A stretch of DNA of 64,000 bases from Okamejei kenojei (taxonomy: Eukaryota): NCBI GenBank assembly GCA_035221665.1, contig CM069162.1, positions 24,242,001-24,306,000 of the forward strand, given 5' to 3'. The notes under the pieces are model-generated. The model was not told where the DNA came from. It made no database searches and saw only the letters and a program-made list of their open reading frames with translations. This document shows, piece after piece, positions 23,871-37,038 of this stretch. Both the position numbers and the translations under genes were made by a program. Position 1 is the first letter of the stretch. Each line of letters begins with the position of its first letter.

Positions 23871-26800
23871 GGAGGCAGCCATTCTGCACATCTTGTCCAT
23901 CCACATCAAAATAAAGAGCTAATTAGACTAATTCCACTTCCCAGCGCTCAATCTTCAACCTTGTGGTGAATGGCACTTCAAGGGTTCATCCAATGACCTT
24001 GCTTCTGCCTCCAACATCCTTTCAAGCAGGATTTCCAAACCCCCATTACTGCTGGTGTGAATATAATACTCTCCACTCCATTCTATTGCTTTCAGCAAAT
24101 ATCGTAAACCCAGGTCGTTGTTATTAGCCTCTCTGTTAAAGGAAGCAGGGCCTTCCTACTGTTCAGGTTTCTCATAATTTTACACAGCTTGACGAATTTT
24201 CAATGTTCTAAATAAAACACCACCATAGCCAATTTCTCCTGATAATCACGATTCTCCAGACCAGGAAACATTATTTTTAACTTTCCTCTGGGTCCCTCAC
24301 AGTTTTGTATTTATAGTCCATAATAACATGGCCAATAGAACAACATGGAGCACAATGCAACCAAAATGTTGCTTTTGTTAATGATGCCGACATCCCACAA
24401 TGAGAACAAAACACTGTCAGCACAGCTCTGACTATGATTATTGTGAAGCCACACACTGCAGTCTTCCTCTCCATTCGGCATTGAGCAACAGCTGTAATAC
24501 AAAGTGCACAGGGACCAGTTACAAGACTAATAGTTACCAGCCCCAAAATAATTGAGATGAACTGAACCTACTTTCGCCTAGAATATTTCAGCATTGCAAT
24601 ATTTCAACCACTTGACTTTTAAAAAAAATCTCGTAATCCTTTCCAATCACTCCACATCGCACTCCCTCTTCATTCCAATTAGTCTTTTCTAACTCAACCA
24701 GTTGTGTCGAAGGCTCCCTCATCTTTATGATGAACTCATCGCTTTTCCAGACCTGTTACATTTCTGCAATATCGGCCGTGTCCTCAACATCCGAGAAATT
24801 CTCTTCAGTACGATGGAATATTTCTTGCTTTTTCACAATGTGGCAGAAAATGGTGTTTTATTTCCTGCCACCGAGTTCAGGGAGTTGAGCCAACAGGTCG
24901 AGGCTTCACTTTCTGAGGGAACTGAGTATCACATAGAAACTGAGGGAACATTGATCTGTCAAAGGGTTCATCTTTCAAGCAGGATTTTTAGATGCCCATA
25001 TATGCTTAAGGCAGGTATAGAGATACAGGGAAGGTCCTGTAGTCCAGAGCAACATTCAATCGTCAATGAACACTTGCAAAGAATAGTTCTTTTTCCAGAA
25101 AGAACAAACCCTATACTGGGAAATGTGGTGTTACACTTGGGAAAAGATGTGAAGCAAATGAAGTAGTCCAAATGAAATGGACCATCTCCAAGCAAGACAG
25201 AGTTTAATCACCTATCAGTGTTAACCAATGGTAATATCATTAACAATGACTTTACTCCATAAACACCTTGGGGGTCACCAATAACTAGAAACATATCTAG
25301 ATCATACAGGGGGTATAATAGCAAATGCATCTGCCACAAGAAACTCACACAATGACACCTCAAATCGTTCCCACTACCGACATGAATCAAATTAGGAGTG
25401 TGTTTGAAAATCTTGCCTGGATTAGTGCAGCACCAACAATACACAAGAAACAAGCTTAATTGACATTCCATTTGTCATTGCACCAACAGCACACAGTCGC
25501 TACAAAGGGCAGCAACAAATTATGCACCGCAGTTACTTGCCACGGCTATGGTGGTGAGAGTACCTCCCACACTGGACCCTCCCCAGAGCCAGCACAACCT
25601 TCCTCAGATATGGCGCCCAGTTTGCAGTTTGTAGTAAAAGCTGGCATTATCAGCAATGACCACATGCCAAGAAATGTAATGAATAAATGAAAGGTTATGA
25701 ACCAGAGATCATAAAACGGCGATGCAAAGAAATACAAAATTAAAAGAAAGAAGGAATAACTCAGCAGGTCAGGGTTGGATTGGGTTAAGGAGAGTGGAGA
25801 AGTCAGGACGGTTGATGTCATGCCCACAGTTGGAAATAAACAGATCCAGAGAGGGTAGAAGACCAGCAGGCAGAGTCCATGAGGAGGAAGAATGTTCACA
25901 AGAGACGGGATCATCGCTGGGTGGCGAGGACTCCTTACAAGAGGAAAAAGGCCCATAAGTGGAAGTGCTGAAAGAGTTCAACATTATGTCAGGCTGGGAA
26001 CTCATTGATGTGTGGGCGTAGAGGTACAAAGGTAAGGCCTCTGCTGAGGACTGACCGTTCTGCATCAGAAAGAGGGAGGTCCGGGGGGGGATAGTGAACA
26101 CCTGATAGGGAGGAGGTACTTTGGGGAGATGATGGGGGTCAGAGGGGAGTGGGGGTGTGAGTGATGGTGTTGGGTTGTGGTGGTGGGGAGTAGGAGAGGT
26201 AACATGGTTGGGATAAGGGGGAAGGGCAGCAGGACCCAGTGGTACCATTATTAAGTTTCTCTGTTGCAAGGGGGGGAGCAGTCAAACCCATGAGAGTTGG
26301 TCCATGTGACTCCATGGGAGCAGGCAGCCTGGAGATCCCCGGCCTGGAACTGGGCCTGGAGCGCAGGCAAATCAAGGCGGCCGGGGGAAAGAGGTGAGTG
26401 TCGTGGGAGACAGTAGCCCCGGCCCGCAGGCGGCCAGAATGCAGCTTCATACAATGAAGCCGGCAAAAAAAAGCAACGATGCGAGGATGAATGGGATGAG
26501 TAGTTAGGATATGGAGGCAACCTCAATCAGCCATTTAAAAAAATAGCTGGATAAGTTCTGGAAGGGAAAATAGACAGAGAGCGCTGAGAAAAGAGTAGGA
26601 AAATTGGGAGCAGCAGGATTGTTCTTGCAGACACATGAGATGGGCCAAATGACCTCTTTCTACACTGTCATCTTTCTCTGACTACGTACGAGTCTCACGC
26701 CAGACAAGTGAGAACTGACAGTTTTTTTTCCCCCAAGATCTTCGGGATTGAGATGTTGCAGAGGGCTGTGAGGCCCCATCAAAATAAACTCCATGACAGT

Positions 26801-27207
26801 TTTTATAGGAAGCACACATGTAAACAAGTCAAATGGTGACACATCCACTCCTCTTCTTAATAGGTTGTCAGAAACTCCCTGGATTTGGGCCTGGACCTGA
26901 CAAATGTGACTGAGGAGCTCCTGTTACCATTAGTAGCTACCAGTTCCAGAAGTACTTTGTCACATCGAACCAGAAAAACATTATTTTTTAACTTAATGCA
27001 CCATTTTGACATGATGTAACTATAACCCTGTAAGTCAAGGCCAAAACCCCATATCTTTGGACACATAGTTGCTTGGGAAACTCTACGAACATCGCATGGA
27101 GAAGTAAAAGCTTGAAAATCAGGCAATACCAATTTTTGGAAATCAAATTTTAAGTTTAAGTGAAACTAGTTTTGTACATAAGACTAACTGTTTAACTGGT
27201 GCATACA

Positions 27208-27410
27208 TGGAACTGTAGAAGCTGGTTTACAAAAACAAACACACACAAAGTGCTGGAGTACCTCAGCGGGTCAGGCAACAGCTCTGGAGAGTATCAATAG
27301 GTGGTATTTTGAGTCAGCACCCTTCTGGACCCATTTGAAGGGTCACCTATCCATGCTCTTCAGAGATGCTGCCTGATCCCACTGAGTTACTCTAGCACGT
27401 TGTGTCTTCT
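27208..27410. mobile_element. Penelope-type terminal repeat, inverted pair (older subfamily)
   Basis: GGAACTGTAGAAGCTGG...CACAAAGTGCTGGAGTACCTCAGCGGGTCAGGC... mirrored by ...GAGATGCTGCCTGATCCCACTGAGTTACTCTAGCAC. Confidence 0.75.
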
Positions 27411-29129
27411 TTTCCCCAATGTTTAACTTTGTGGCCATTCCTCAGATTACCGGATGCTGAATACAGAATCTGTATCTGAAAAATACAGAATCTGAAAAAT
27501 GAGTTAACGAATATACATACTGAGTCCCTAATTAGTTAACTTCACAGCTAAAACAAAAATTCCGCTATTTTGCAGTTATCGGTGACAATACAAATAATGA
27601 TACACAGATATACAGCATCGTATCTGAGCTCAGAGCCACTGCTGCTCAAGGCCCTGAATGTACTGTCTCTGCGATGTTCTTTAGAACAGAAGAGGTGGGG
27701 TGAGTTACATAAATTGGGATTGTCGGCAAACATTTGGTGAGAGCAGGCTGAATGGTAAAGAATGGCACCATTCTGGAACACTACGGTGAGAAACACGGTA
27801 TTAGGTATTGGATGAAATTGAACAAGACAAAAATAAGTGATTTTTGTCATCTGAAGCTGGTGAATGAAGCAGATTAGTTATTGGAGGTAGTCGAGTCTGA
27901 CTGGGTTGGTGAGCGGGTAGGTTATGATTTGTGGTGGGAGGAGGCTTGGGCTGGTGACCTTGAAGATTTCAGGACAGCAGCTGAAAAGAGTGTTGCTCAT
28001 TCAGATTGTTTCAGGGCTAGGTTCACAATTAACTAAGTACTGTGCAGCTTTACAGAAATCTACATGTTCTTAATTTAACAGACCAATTAAATATAATTTT
28101 TAAATAATTAAATAGCTCAAATGGTTCAATATTTTGATTGGTAGATAACACTGGTGTTCGAAGTTTATTTCAGCATAAGTAGGAAGATAAGGGAAATGAA
28201 CACGGAAAAGTAAATTCAAAGTCATTTCTTATTAACTTTTCTTCAAACCATTTCTTTCCTGTCCCCGACAATTCTGCCGTCCCCCACTGATGTCATTTAA
28301 CAACGTTGCACTGAGCTGTTGGAAAGTCAATTGTTTTTGAGCCTTGATGGTTATGAGCAAAGCAGCAGGGGAAGCAAAGGGGCAGAAGCGAGACATGCAC
28401 TTCTCCCAGCCACAGCTCTGCACGCCAATCCCAGCCTCGATAATACAGCTGAAATATGGAGCACACTGTGATGACAATGACAGGAGAAAGCTTGGATATT
28501 TCATTTGACTGGTCTGCATTGATAGCTAGCTGGTGAAACATTAACAGAGAAGGAAATAAGTTAACAAATTGGAGAAAACCTGATTTTGAGGAACTGAATT
28601 ACAGTTTGGGAAGGCAAACTGGGCAGCAATATTTGCAAATAATAAGGTGAGATAATAGATTGCAGGGAAGCAAGAAGGGGAACCGGGCTGATAGGAATTC
28701 TCTGAAAGCTGTAGGTTGAATGGTCTTCTTCTATGACATATGGAAATATGAGGAATGAGAAACAAACAGCATAATTTTAAACATGCTCGGAATACAGCAA
28801 AAATATATTGAGCTAAAAGAATTATTCTAAACAATCACAAGGCTCCATGGATGAATAAAGGCACAAGGGCACAACTGAGGGAAGGAAAAGAGGCATACGT
28901 TTATACACAGGCAGCAAGGGATGCAAGCCGCAGAATACAAAGGGATTTGGGGAGAAATAAAAAATACAATGATATTAAATCTAGAAACTGAATATAATAG
29001 CAAAGTATTTGACAAACGCATAAAAAAGGTGGGAGGGGAACTACATTACTAATAATTAAAAAATCATGAATAATTTATTGCTTCAGTATATACCTGAAGG
29101 ATAGAACAGGTGACGCTGATGATGAAATG

Positions 29130-30355
29130 ATGAGAAATGAGTAATAAAATTGATCAATTTTTCAAAAAAAGATATGTTGAATAAACCAGTCTAATCAAAG
29201 AGATCACATCTTAGAAGAATCTCGGGTCGAGATGCAGAGACATTACCATATACACTTAATAGTTTATTAGAAAAACGCGTGGTGTCAGAGAATTGGCAGA
29301 TAGCTAATGTAATATCGATATTTAACCAGTCAATTTAACTTGATGCAAGAATAGCTATGGAATCTCTACTAAATGAGAGAATAGAACATCTAGAAATGAG
29401 AAATGTAATAATGAATAGGCAGCATGGATTTCAAAAGTGGAAAAACCTTGCCTCGTTGCCCGTATTGGATTTTTTGAGGAGGTGACAGAGAAGTAGGCAT
29501 GGGTAATGCAGCAGATTTAATTTATTTAGATTTTCTAAGGGCTGTTGTTCAGATGTCACATAACAGAGAATGAGTAAGGCCAGAGAATGCAGAGTCAAGA
29601 AGAAAGTCACACAACGGCCAGCTGCAGCCCTGGAAGCACTGTGCAGGAAGCTTACATCGGATTCAGTGCTGGGACCACCACTTTGCAGTTTACATTTAGG
29701 AAATTTCAAATGATATTGAACTAGGTTCGTAATAATCGGCACAAATTATAAGAGGACAGTTAAGAAACAGTTAGACAGGATGCATGGATAGGATAAGTTT
29801 GGAGGGATATGGACCACCCATTGAAAAGGCTGGGCTTGTATTCACTGGAGTTTAGAAGGATGAGGGGGGATCTTATAGAAACATATAAAATTATAAAAGG
29901 ACTGGACAGGCTAGATGCAGGAAAAATATTCCCACTGTTGGGTGAGTACAGAACCAGGGGCCACAGTTTTACAATAAAGGGGAGGTCATTTAAGACCGAG
30001 GTGAGAAACAACTTTTTTACCCAGGGAGTTGTGAATTTATGGAATTCCCTGCCACAGAGGGCAGTGGAGGCCAAATCACTGGATGGATTTAAGAGAGAGT
30101 TGGATAGAGCTCTAGGGGCTAGTGGAGTCAAGGGATATGGGGAGAAGGCAGGCACGGGTTATTGATAGCGGACGATCAGCCATGATCACAATGAATGGCG
30201 GTGCTGGCTCGAAGGGCCGAATGTCCTCGACCTACACCTATTTTCTATGTCTCTATGTTTCTAAATGCAGGCAAATGGAATCAGTGCAGCAGGAACATGG
30301 TGGTCGGTGTGGGCAAGTTATGCCAAGGGGCCTGTTTCCACACTATCACTCGATG
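29130..30355 (+). mobile_element. Old CR1 relic containing a younger CR1 3' insertion (~29816-30262)
   Basis: Younger part: '[30 protein letters not shown]...RTRGHS...FFTQGVVNLWNSLP' with tail TTTCTATGTCTCTATGTTTCT. The host's GGGATATGGACCA|AAATGCAGGCAAATGG resumes after it. Confidence 0.85.
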
Positions 30356-31059
30356 ACATGTGCAAATTCAGAATATTCAAATATGTAAATACAGGGGTGG
30401 TCTAGGGGCCTGAATAGCTTGTTTCAGTACCTTTTATTGTTGTGGCGATTCAAGACAGAACGGAAGTACATAGGGTACTGGAGGTCAGCTTTTGGGTGAG
30501 TCACCATTGAATGCATAAATGTTCTGTAATATATTAAACAGAGAGCCTGGACGCACATCATATTCCTCAGGTTTATGATAGTCATAGCTGGCATAACCAG
30601 CACCATTCATTTTAATAGAGTTCCTGACCTTCACTGTAAACTCGTATTTTGAATTTAAAATAGCTTGATGAGTTTTAAATGAAGAAAAAACAAATCCATT
30701 TCAACAGTTTAAAATGTCTCAGATCATCAGAGACATTTAAAAGCAGTGAAACAGGCTCGTGGCAGTACCAGCTGTCAGTCTGCCGTAGCCGTGCTGAAGA
30801 AGGGGGACATTTTGAGGCCTGGCCCAGGATTGCTCAAAGGGCAGACACGAAACTGAGGCCTGAAGGGGTTTGTGAGCCACGCAGTCATCAAGGACACATT
30901 TGCTGCAGGGCCCATAATGGAGGGGTGCCTGATAAGGCTCAATGTTAAAAGTTACATGCTCTGATACCATTTGGCAAAATGTGTTTGAAAAGGCATCACC
31001 CAACTGAAGTGTTTGGTAGACATGTTTCACAAAGGGGGGAAATTTGTGTCACTAACTTT

Positions 31060-32040
31060 CCAAGAAGCTACCTTCAATGGGATCGCACCACCAGTCGCAT
31101 CTTTCCATCTCCACCCCTTTCCTCTTTCTGCGGAGACCATTCCCTCCGCAACTCCCTGGTTAACTCATCCAATCCCATCCCACCCCCTCCACAGGTACCT
31201 TCCCCTGCAACTGCAAGAGATGCAACACCAGTCCCTATACCTCCTCCCTCGACTCTATCCAGGGATCACGACTGTCCTTTCAGGCGAGGCAAAGGTTCAC
31301 AATCTCCCGTTTGCCAAACATATAAACTCCCCTTCCCATTCCCATTCCCATGCTGACCTTTCTATCCTGGGCATCTTCCACTGTCAGAGTAGGCCATATG
31401 TAAATTGGAGGAACAGCACCTCATATTTCGTTCGGGCAACTTACAACCCGGCGATACAAATATTGATTTATTTAATTTCAAGTAACCTCTGCATTCCGTC
31501 TCTCTCCGTCCCTCCCCTACTCTAGTCGTCCTGCCAGTTCCACTGTTCGCATCCACATATCCCGTCATTCTCACATCTCTCACAGCCAACAACATATCAT
31601 TGTGGGCTCCACATTTCCTTGGTCATCGGTGCCGGCTCAGAGAGCCAGAGAGTTGTGAATTTGTGGAGTTCTCCGCCTCAGCAGGCAGTGGAGGTCGATT
31701 CACTGGATGCATTCAAAAGAGAGTTTGTTGGAGCTCTCACGGCTAGCGAAATCAAGAGATATGGGGAGAAGGCAGGACCGGGGTACTGATGAGGATGATC
31801 AGCCATGACCACGTTGAATGGCGGTGCTGGCTCGAGGTGCCGAAGTGGCCTAATCCTGCACCCATTGTCTATGTATCTATGGCTCTGACTTGTACTGAAC
31901 CTTTTTAGACCTCTAGTTTCCTTACCCCCCGCATCTCAGTCTGAAGAAGAAGGGTTTCGGCTTGAAACGTCACCTATTCCTTTTCTCTAGAGATGCAGCT
32001 GGACCCGCTGAGTTACTCCAGCATTTTGGGTCTATCTATT
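31060..32040 (+). mobile_element. Penelope-like element 3' fragment interrupted by a CR1 3' piece (31639-31880)
   Basis: Colinear with 50880-51600 (CCCTGCAACTGCAAGAGATGCAACACC, AAATTGGAGGAACAGCAC, terminal repeat). The CR1 insert is flanked by a GGCTC duplication (31634-31638 / 31881-31885). Confidence 0.85.
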
Positions 32041-32301
32041 GGTATTCAGCAAGAATCCATTCCATGAAAGGAAAATGGGGGTGTCATTTGACCAGAATTA
32101 AACAGGAGAACATCACCAACTACTCACTCATGGAGAAAAGAACCTCTAAAAAAAAACGAAGTCTGGGCACATTTAGATATTTCACATGAGATATAACAGT
32201 GGGGATTGCTTTTTAGTTTAATTTAGTTTAGAGATATCGTGCGGAAACTGGCCCTTCAGACCTTGCCGAACGGCGACTTTTGTTGAGTGGTTGAACATTT
32301 A

Positions 32302-32398
32302 GAAGATAGACACAAAAAGGTGGAGTAACTCAGCCGGAAGGGCAGCATCGCTGGAGAGAAGGAATGGGTGACGTTTCGGGTCGAGGACCCTTCTTCAG
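32302..32398 (-). mobile_element. Penelope-type terminal repeat with intact hammerhead core
   Basis: Minus strand CTGAAGAAGGGTCCTCGACCCGAAACGTCACCCATTCCTTCTCTCCAG... Confidence 0.85.
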
Positions 32399-32929
32399 AA
32401 CATATAAATGAGTTCATCCCAGCAGCATGGTTTCCCTGGAGGGAGCTCGGGAACTCATTGCCTATTTGAGCTGCAGCAACTGCAACAGTTGATTCTAATC
32501 ACATCAGTCACTGTACAATGCTGGAGCATAATCTAATTCAATTACAAACACAAAATTGGAGGACTAGAAAAATTAAAATCTGTCACAGGAAACCTGAATG
32601 ACGCACTGCCTTCAGTGCAATGTCTTTTTACCAATTATAGAAGGAGAAAAGGATTCAGCAATCTCTGAGCTTTGCTTTTCTGCTTGTTGTTTCTGAAGAA
32701 CGCCATTCTGCTTGTCTTCCTGAATTAAAGCGGAAATGTTGGCAATCTACAATCCACTACTCTGGCTGAAAGGCAAAAACTGGAAGGGTTATCAATGGTG
32801 CCAGCTCTGGCACATCAGCTGATCAACTGAAGGTTGACGAGAGATCAGCCTCTATCCGGTGAGATGGCGCTGTGATATCACTCAATGTCAATGCCTGGCT
32901 GGTGGCTCATTCTTCAACACAATTTTTAG

Positions 32930-33780
32930 TCTATTTTTAGTTCAGAGATACAGCACGGAAACAGGCCCTTCAGCCCACCGAGTCCGTGCCGACCAATGAT
33001 CCCCATACACTAGCACTATCATAGAAACATAGACAATAGGTGCAGGAGTAGGCCATTCGGCCCTTCGAGCCTGTACCGCCATTCAATATGATCATGGCTG
33101 ATCATCCAACTCAGTATCCTGTACCTGCCTTCTCTCCATACCCTCTGATCCTTTTAGCCACAAGGGTCACATCTAACTCCCTCTTAAATATAGCCAATGA
33201 TCTGGTCTCAACTACCTTCTGTGGCAGAGAATTCCACAGATTCACCACTCTGTGTGAAAAATGTTTTTCTCATCTCGGTCCTAAAAGACTTATCCTTAAA
33301 CTGTGACCCCTTGTTCTGGACTTCCCCAACATCCCCTTAAGAATTTTGTAAGTCTCTATAAGATCCCCCCTCAATCTTCTAAATTCCAGCGAGTACAAGC
33401 CGAGTCTATCCAGTCTATCTTCATATGGAAGTCCTGCCATCCCAGGAATCAGTCTGGTGAACCTTCTCTGTACTCCCTCTATGGCAAGAATGTCTTTCCT
33501 TACATTAGGAGACCAAAACTGTACGCAATACTCCAGGTGTGGCCTGCGTGGGTTTCCTACACACTATCCTACACACTAGAGGCAATTTGCAATTATACCA
33601 AGCCAATTAACCTACAAACCTGTACATCTTTGGAGTGTGGGAGGAAACTGGAGATCCTGGAGAAAACCCACGCAGGTCACAGGGAGAATGTACAAATTCC
33701 ACACAGGCAGCACCTGCAGTCAGGATTAAACCTGGGTCTCTGGCGCTGCAAGGCAGTAACTCTACCGCTGTGACACCCTG
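32930..33780 (-). mobile_element. HE1-like SINE split by a CR1 insertion (33021-~33545, minus)
   Basis: SINE tail 32930-33020 and body/head 33562-33780 (GGGTGTCACAGCGGTAGAGTTACTGCC...CCCAGGTTTAATCCTG). CACTATC is duplicated at 33014-33020 and 33562-33568 around the CR1. Confidence 0.88.
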
Positions 33781-33825
33781 CAGCCCATATACAATATTAT
33801 GCAGTAAAACATGCAAAACATGGAA

Positions 33826-33846
33826 GGGGGGGGGGGGGGGGGGGGG
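33826..33846 (+). repeat. poly(G) tract
   Basis: 21 consecutive G. Confidence 0.95.
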
Positions 33847-34404
33847 AGGACAGTGTATGAGAATGAAGAGTGGGAAGCACGGGTGGAATTCTCTACTATA
33901 TTGCTCTAGTCATTTAATAATGTATTAAAACACTGTCTCACCATACCACCAGAATCCCTTTAAACCTCTGCCAGAAAACAAATGTATATCATTAACAGTC
34001 ACTGCCTTGTAGCATGCAGAAGAATGATCTTTCATTAATATTTTAAATGACATACTGTACAGTGATGGTTTGGTTTGTAAGGAAGATCTGTTAGGTACCA
34101 AACAGACCACATTTTCATGGACCAAACCTGAAACACAAACTACCTTCCTTACAAATTATGTTTCTCACAAGGGGACGGTACGCAGGTCGTGCTGATATTG
34201 CTTCTTCGAGCAATCACGTATTATCTATTCCAAGTGTCGATATTAAAAACAATGCCAGTTTATAAACAAAATCTACTCATTAAGTGAAGGTTATCACTGT
34301 TGTAAAAGGAATCAGGCCTCAATATTGGCTGTGGATCAGAATCACGTGTTCTCAGACATGAAACTCCTCTTGCATGAAATGCCATGAAGGAGAAGTAGAA
34401 AGTC

Positions 34405-34862
34405 AGAATCATACAGCATGGAAACAGGCCCTTCAGCCCAACTTGCCTTTGCTGACCAAGATGCCACATCTACCCTAGTCCCACCTGCCCATCTTTGGCC
34501 TGGATACGTTTACTATCCATATACCTGTCCAAATGTATTTTGAATGTTGTTATAGTACCTGCCCTAACTATGTACTCTGGCAGCGTATTCCATATACCCA
34601 CCATCCTCTGTGTGAAAAAGTTGCCCCTCAGGTTCCTATTAAATCTTTCTTCTCTCACCTTAAACCTATGTCCTATGTTCTTGATTCTCCTACTCTGTGT
34701 AAAAGACTGTGCATCTACCCAATCTATTCCCCTCATGATCTAAAAACACCTATGTAAGATCACCCCTCATCCACCTGCCTCCAAGGAATAATGACCAAGC
34801 CTGCCCAACCTCTCCCTATAGCTCAGGCCTTAAAGTCCTGGTAAAATTCCTTATAAATCATC
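34405..34862 (-). mobile_element. CR1 3' fragment
   Basis: 'MRGIDWVDAQS...GHRFKVREERFNRNLRGNFFTQRMVGIWNTLP...TFKIHLDRYM'. Confidence 0.88.
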
Positions 34863-35654
34863 TCAAAGTGATTTTTGCTATTTTGAATTAAGTTTCCCTT
34901 CATATTTTTAACTGTTCAATCGTATATAACATGTTTCATGATTAAATCTTGTTTTAACTTTCAAAAGTATTAAGATTCTTTCGTTGTTTCAATATTGTAT
35001 TTATTGCTTTTGAATGTTTCCGAATGTCGGACATTGACTGCTTTGACAATCGGACAAGTAAATGTGAATTAAAGCACAGTTTATGCAATACTCCATGGGC
35101 TGGGCTTGCCCTGCGATGCCATTATGTTGCACATATTACACACAGCCCTGATATTGTCAGGGGATACAATAAAGGTGAGCACAATCTTTTCTGACAAGTC
35201 ACCACCTGCTGGCCATGATGCACCTTGAAGAATCGTATCTCAATTCACAGCAGCCATCTCCACACTATCACTGTACAAATGCTACTCCTCTTAATTGGGA
35301 TTTTAAAATGTTCATACTGCAGAGGGTGTTAAAGCCAAAATTATTTGAACATTTCACAAAGAACAGGACCCGCGTACACCAGGTTTGAAAGGACATGCGG
35401 TTTTGAAGGGCATATCTTCTCTGGTAAATTGTTTTACTGGGTTAATAAAGAGAAGTATGTTGACAGAATTAGTGCCTGGTGCAGGAAAAATATATCAGTA
35501 GTGTGGATATCAGATTGCAAAAGACAGGTAGTGGGTGCAAGGCAGAATAGGAACTGAGGCTAGTCAAATGGACCCTTTTTCCCATTTTCCCTTGTTCTGT
35601 AAATTGTCTGATTAACCATTTGCAAGTACAGAATCTCAAGAATGTTTTTTGCAA

Positions 35655-35840
35655 ATCTTTCATTCATTTGTTCTACATCTCTACACACCATCATCTATAT
35701 CTCTCATTTTCCTTCCCCTTGACTTTCAGTCTGAAGAAGGGTCTCCGCCCGAAACATCACCCATTCGTTTTCTTCAGAGATGCTGCTTGTCCTGCTGAGT
35801 TACTCCAGTAATTTGTGTCTAACTTTGGTTTAAATCAGCA
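35655..35840 (+). mobile_element. Penelope-like 3' end with terminal repeat
   Basis: TCTTTCATTCATTTGTTCT...CAGTCTGAAGAAGGGTCTCCGCCCGAAACATCACC...AATCAGCATCT. Confidence 0.8.
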
Positions 35841-36374
35841 TCTTCAGTCCCCTCCGACACACCTCAAGAACATTGTTCCCCTATGCTTCACAGAAGAGCT
35901 AAATCAAATAAAATTGACCTCCTTGGACAGATGGCCAGAACAGGTAGTTTTTAAACAATGTCTTAAAGATCAGACAGGCAGAAATGTTTCAGCAGTGAGT
36001 GGGAAAGAAGAAATATCACAGCTTCTGGTCAAGGCTGGCTGTAAAAGGCTTCTTAATTGTTCCTGGATGTTTCAGATGAGAGATGCAATTAAAAACAGAT
36101 TCAATTTATTTTTAAATATTAAGATTAAAATAAAGACAAAATAATTAAAACTATATTAAACACCAACATATAATTAAAAAAATAACATCAAATAATTATA
36201 ACACATCCCTGATGTGAAGCCGAGGGGTTGGATGCCAAATGCATTCAGCCTTTTTTTAATTAGTCACTGCTCCATCGCTCAGCTCAAGGACGGACAACCA
36301 AGATGCACTGACATCCGACTTTCAGCATCTCCTGGAATTTTAATAACAAGGAACTGCAGATGCTGGTTTATATA

Positions 36375-36974
36375 CCTCAAAACTCATTGGCCGGCAGTTC
36401 ATTCTACAGCAAGACAATGATCCCAAACATACTGCTAAAGCAACTCAAGAATTGACCATTATTTAGCTTTGAAGCTAAAAAATGGTCAATTCTTGAGTGG
36501 CCAAGTCAACCACCTGATCTGAACCCAATTGAGCATGCCTTTTATATGCCGAAGAGAAAACTGAAGGATACTAGCCCCCAAAACAAGCATAAGCTCAAGA
36601 TGGCTGTGATACAGGCCTGGCAGAGCATCACCAGAGAAGACACCCAGCAACTGGTGATGTCCATGAATCGCAGACTTCAAGCAGTCATCGCATGCAAAGG
36701 ATATGCAACAAAATACTAAACATGACTACTTTCATTTATATGACATTGCTGTGTCCCAAACATTATGGTGCCCTGAAATGGGGGGGACTATGTATAAACA
36801 CTGCTGTAATTTCTACATGGTGAAACCAAAATGTATAAAAATGGCCTTTATTAAAATCTGACAATGTGCACTTTAACCACATGTGATTTTTTTCTAATAC
36901 AAATCTTAAATTGTGGGGTATAGAACAAATAAATAAATGATGGGTCTTTGTCCCATATATTATGGAGGGCACTG
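36375..36974 (+). mobile_element. Tc1-family DNA transposon, 3' half (DDE transposase C-terminus and right TIR)
   Basis: 'KLIGRQFILQQDNDPKHTAKAT'...'KKWSILEWPSQPPDLNPIEHAF...KRKLK...QAWQSIT...LVMSMNRRLQAVIACKGYATKY*'; ends ATTATGGAGGGCACTG followed by TA (CAGTG terminus plus TA target). Confidence 0.92.
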
Positions 36975-37038
36975 TACATTTTCTTTCCATTAATTAAAGA
37001 TTTTTAAATGGCAAATGGCAAACTACTGAGATCACAAT

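Noticed and set aside
24702-25166. 154-aa plus-strand ORF
   Set aside because: Non-ATG start and no recognisable homology; the opposite-strand frame I translated contains stops.
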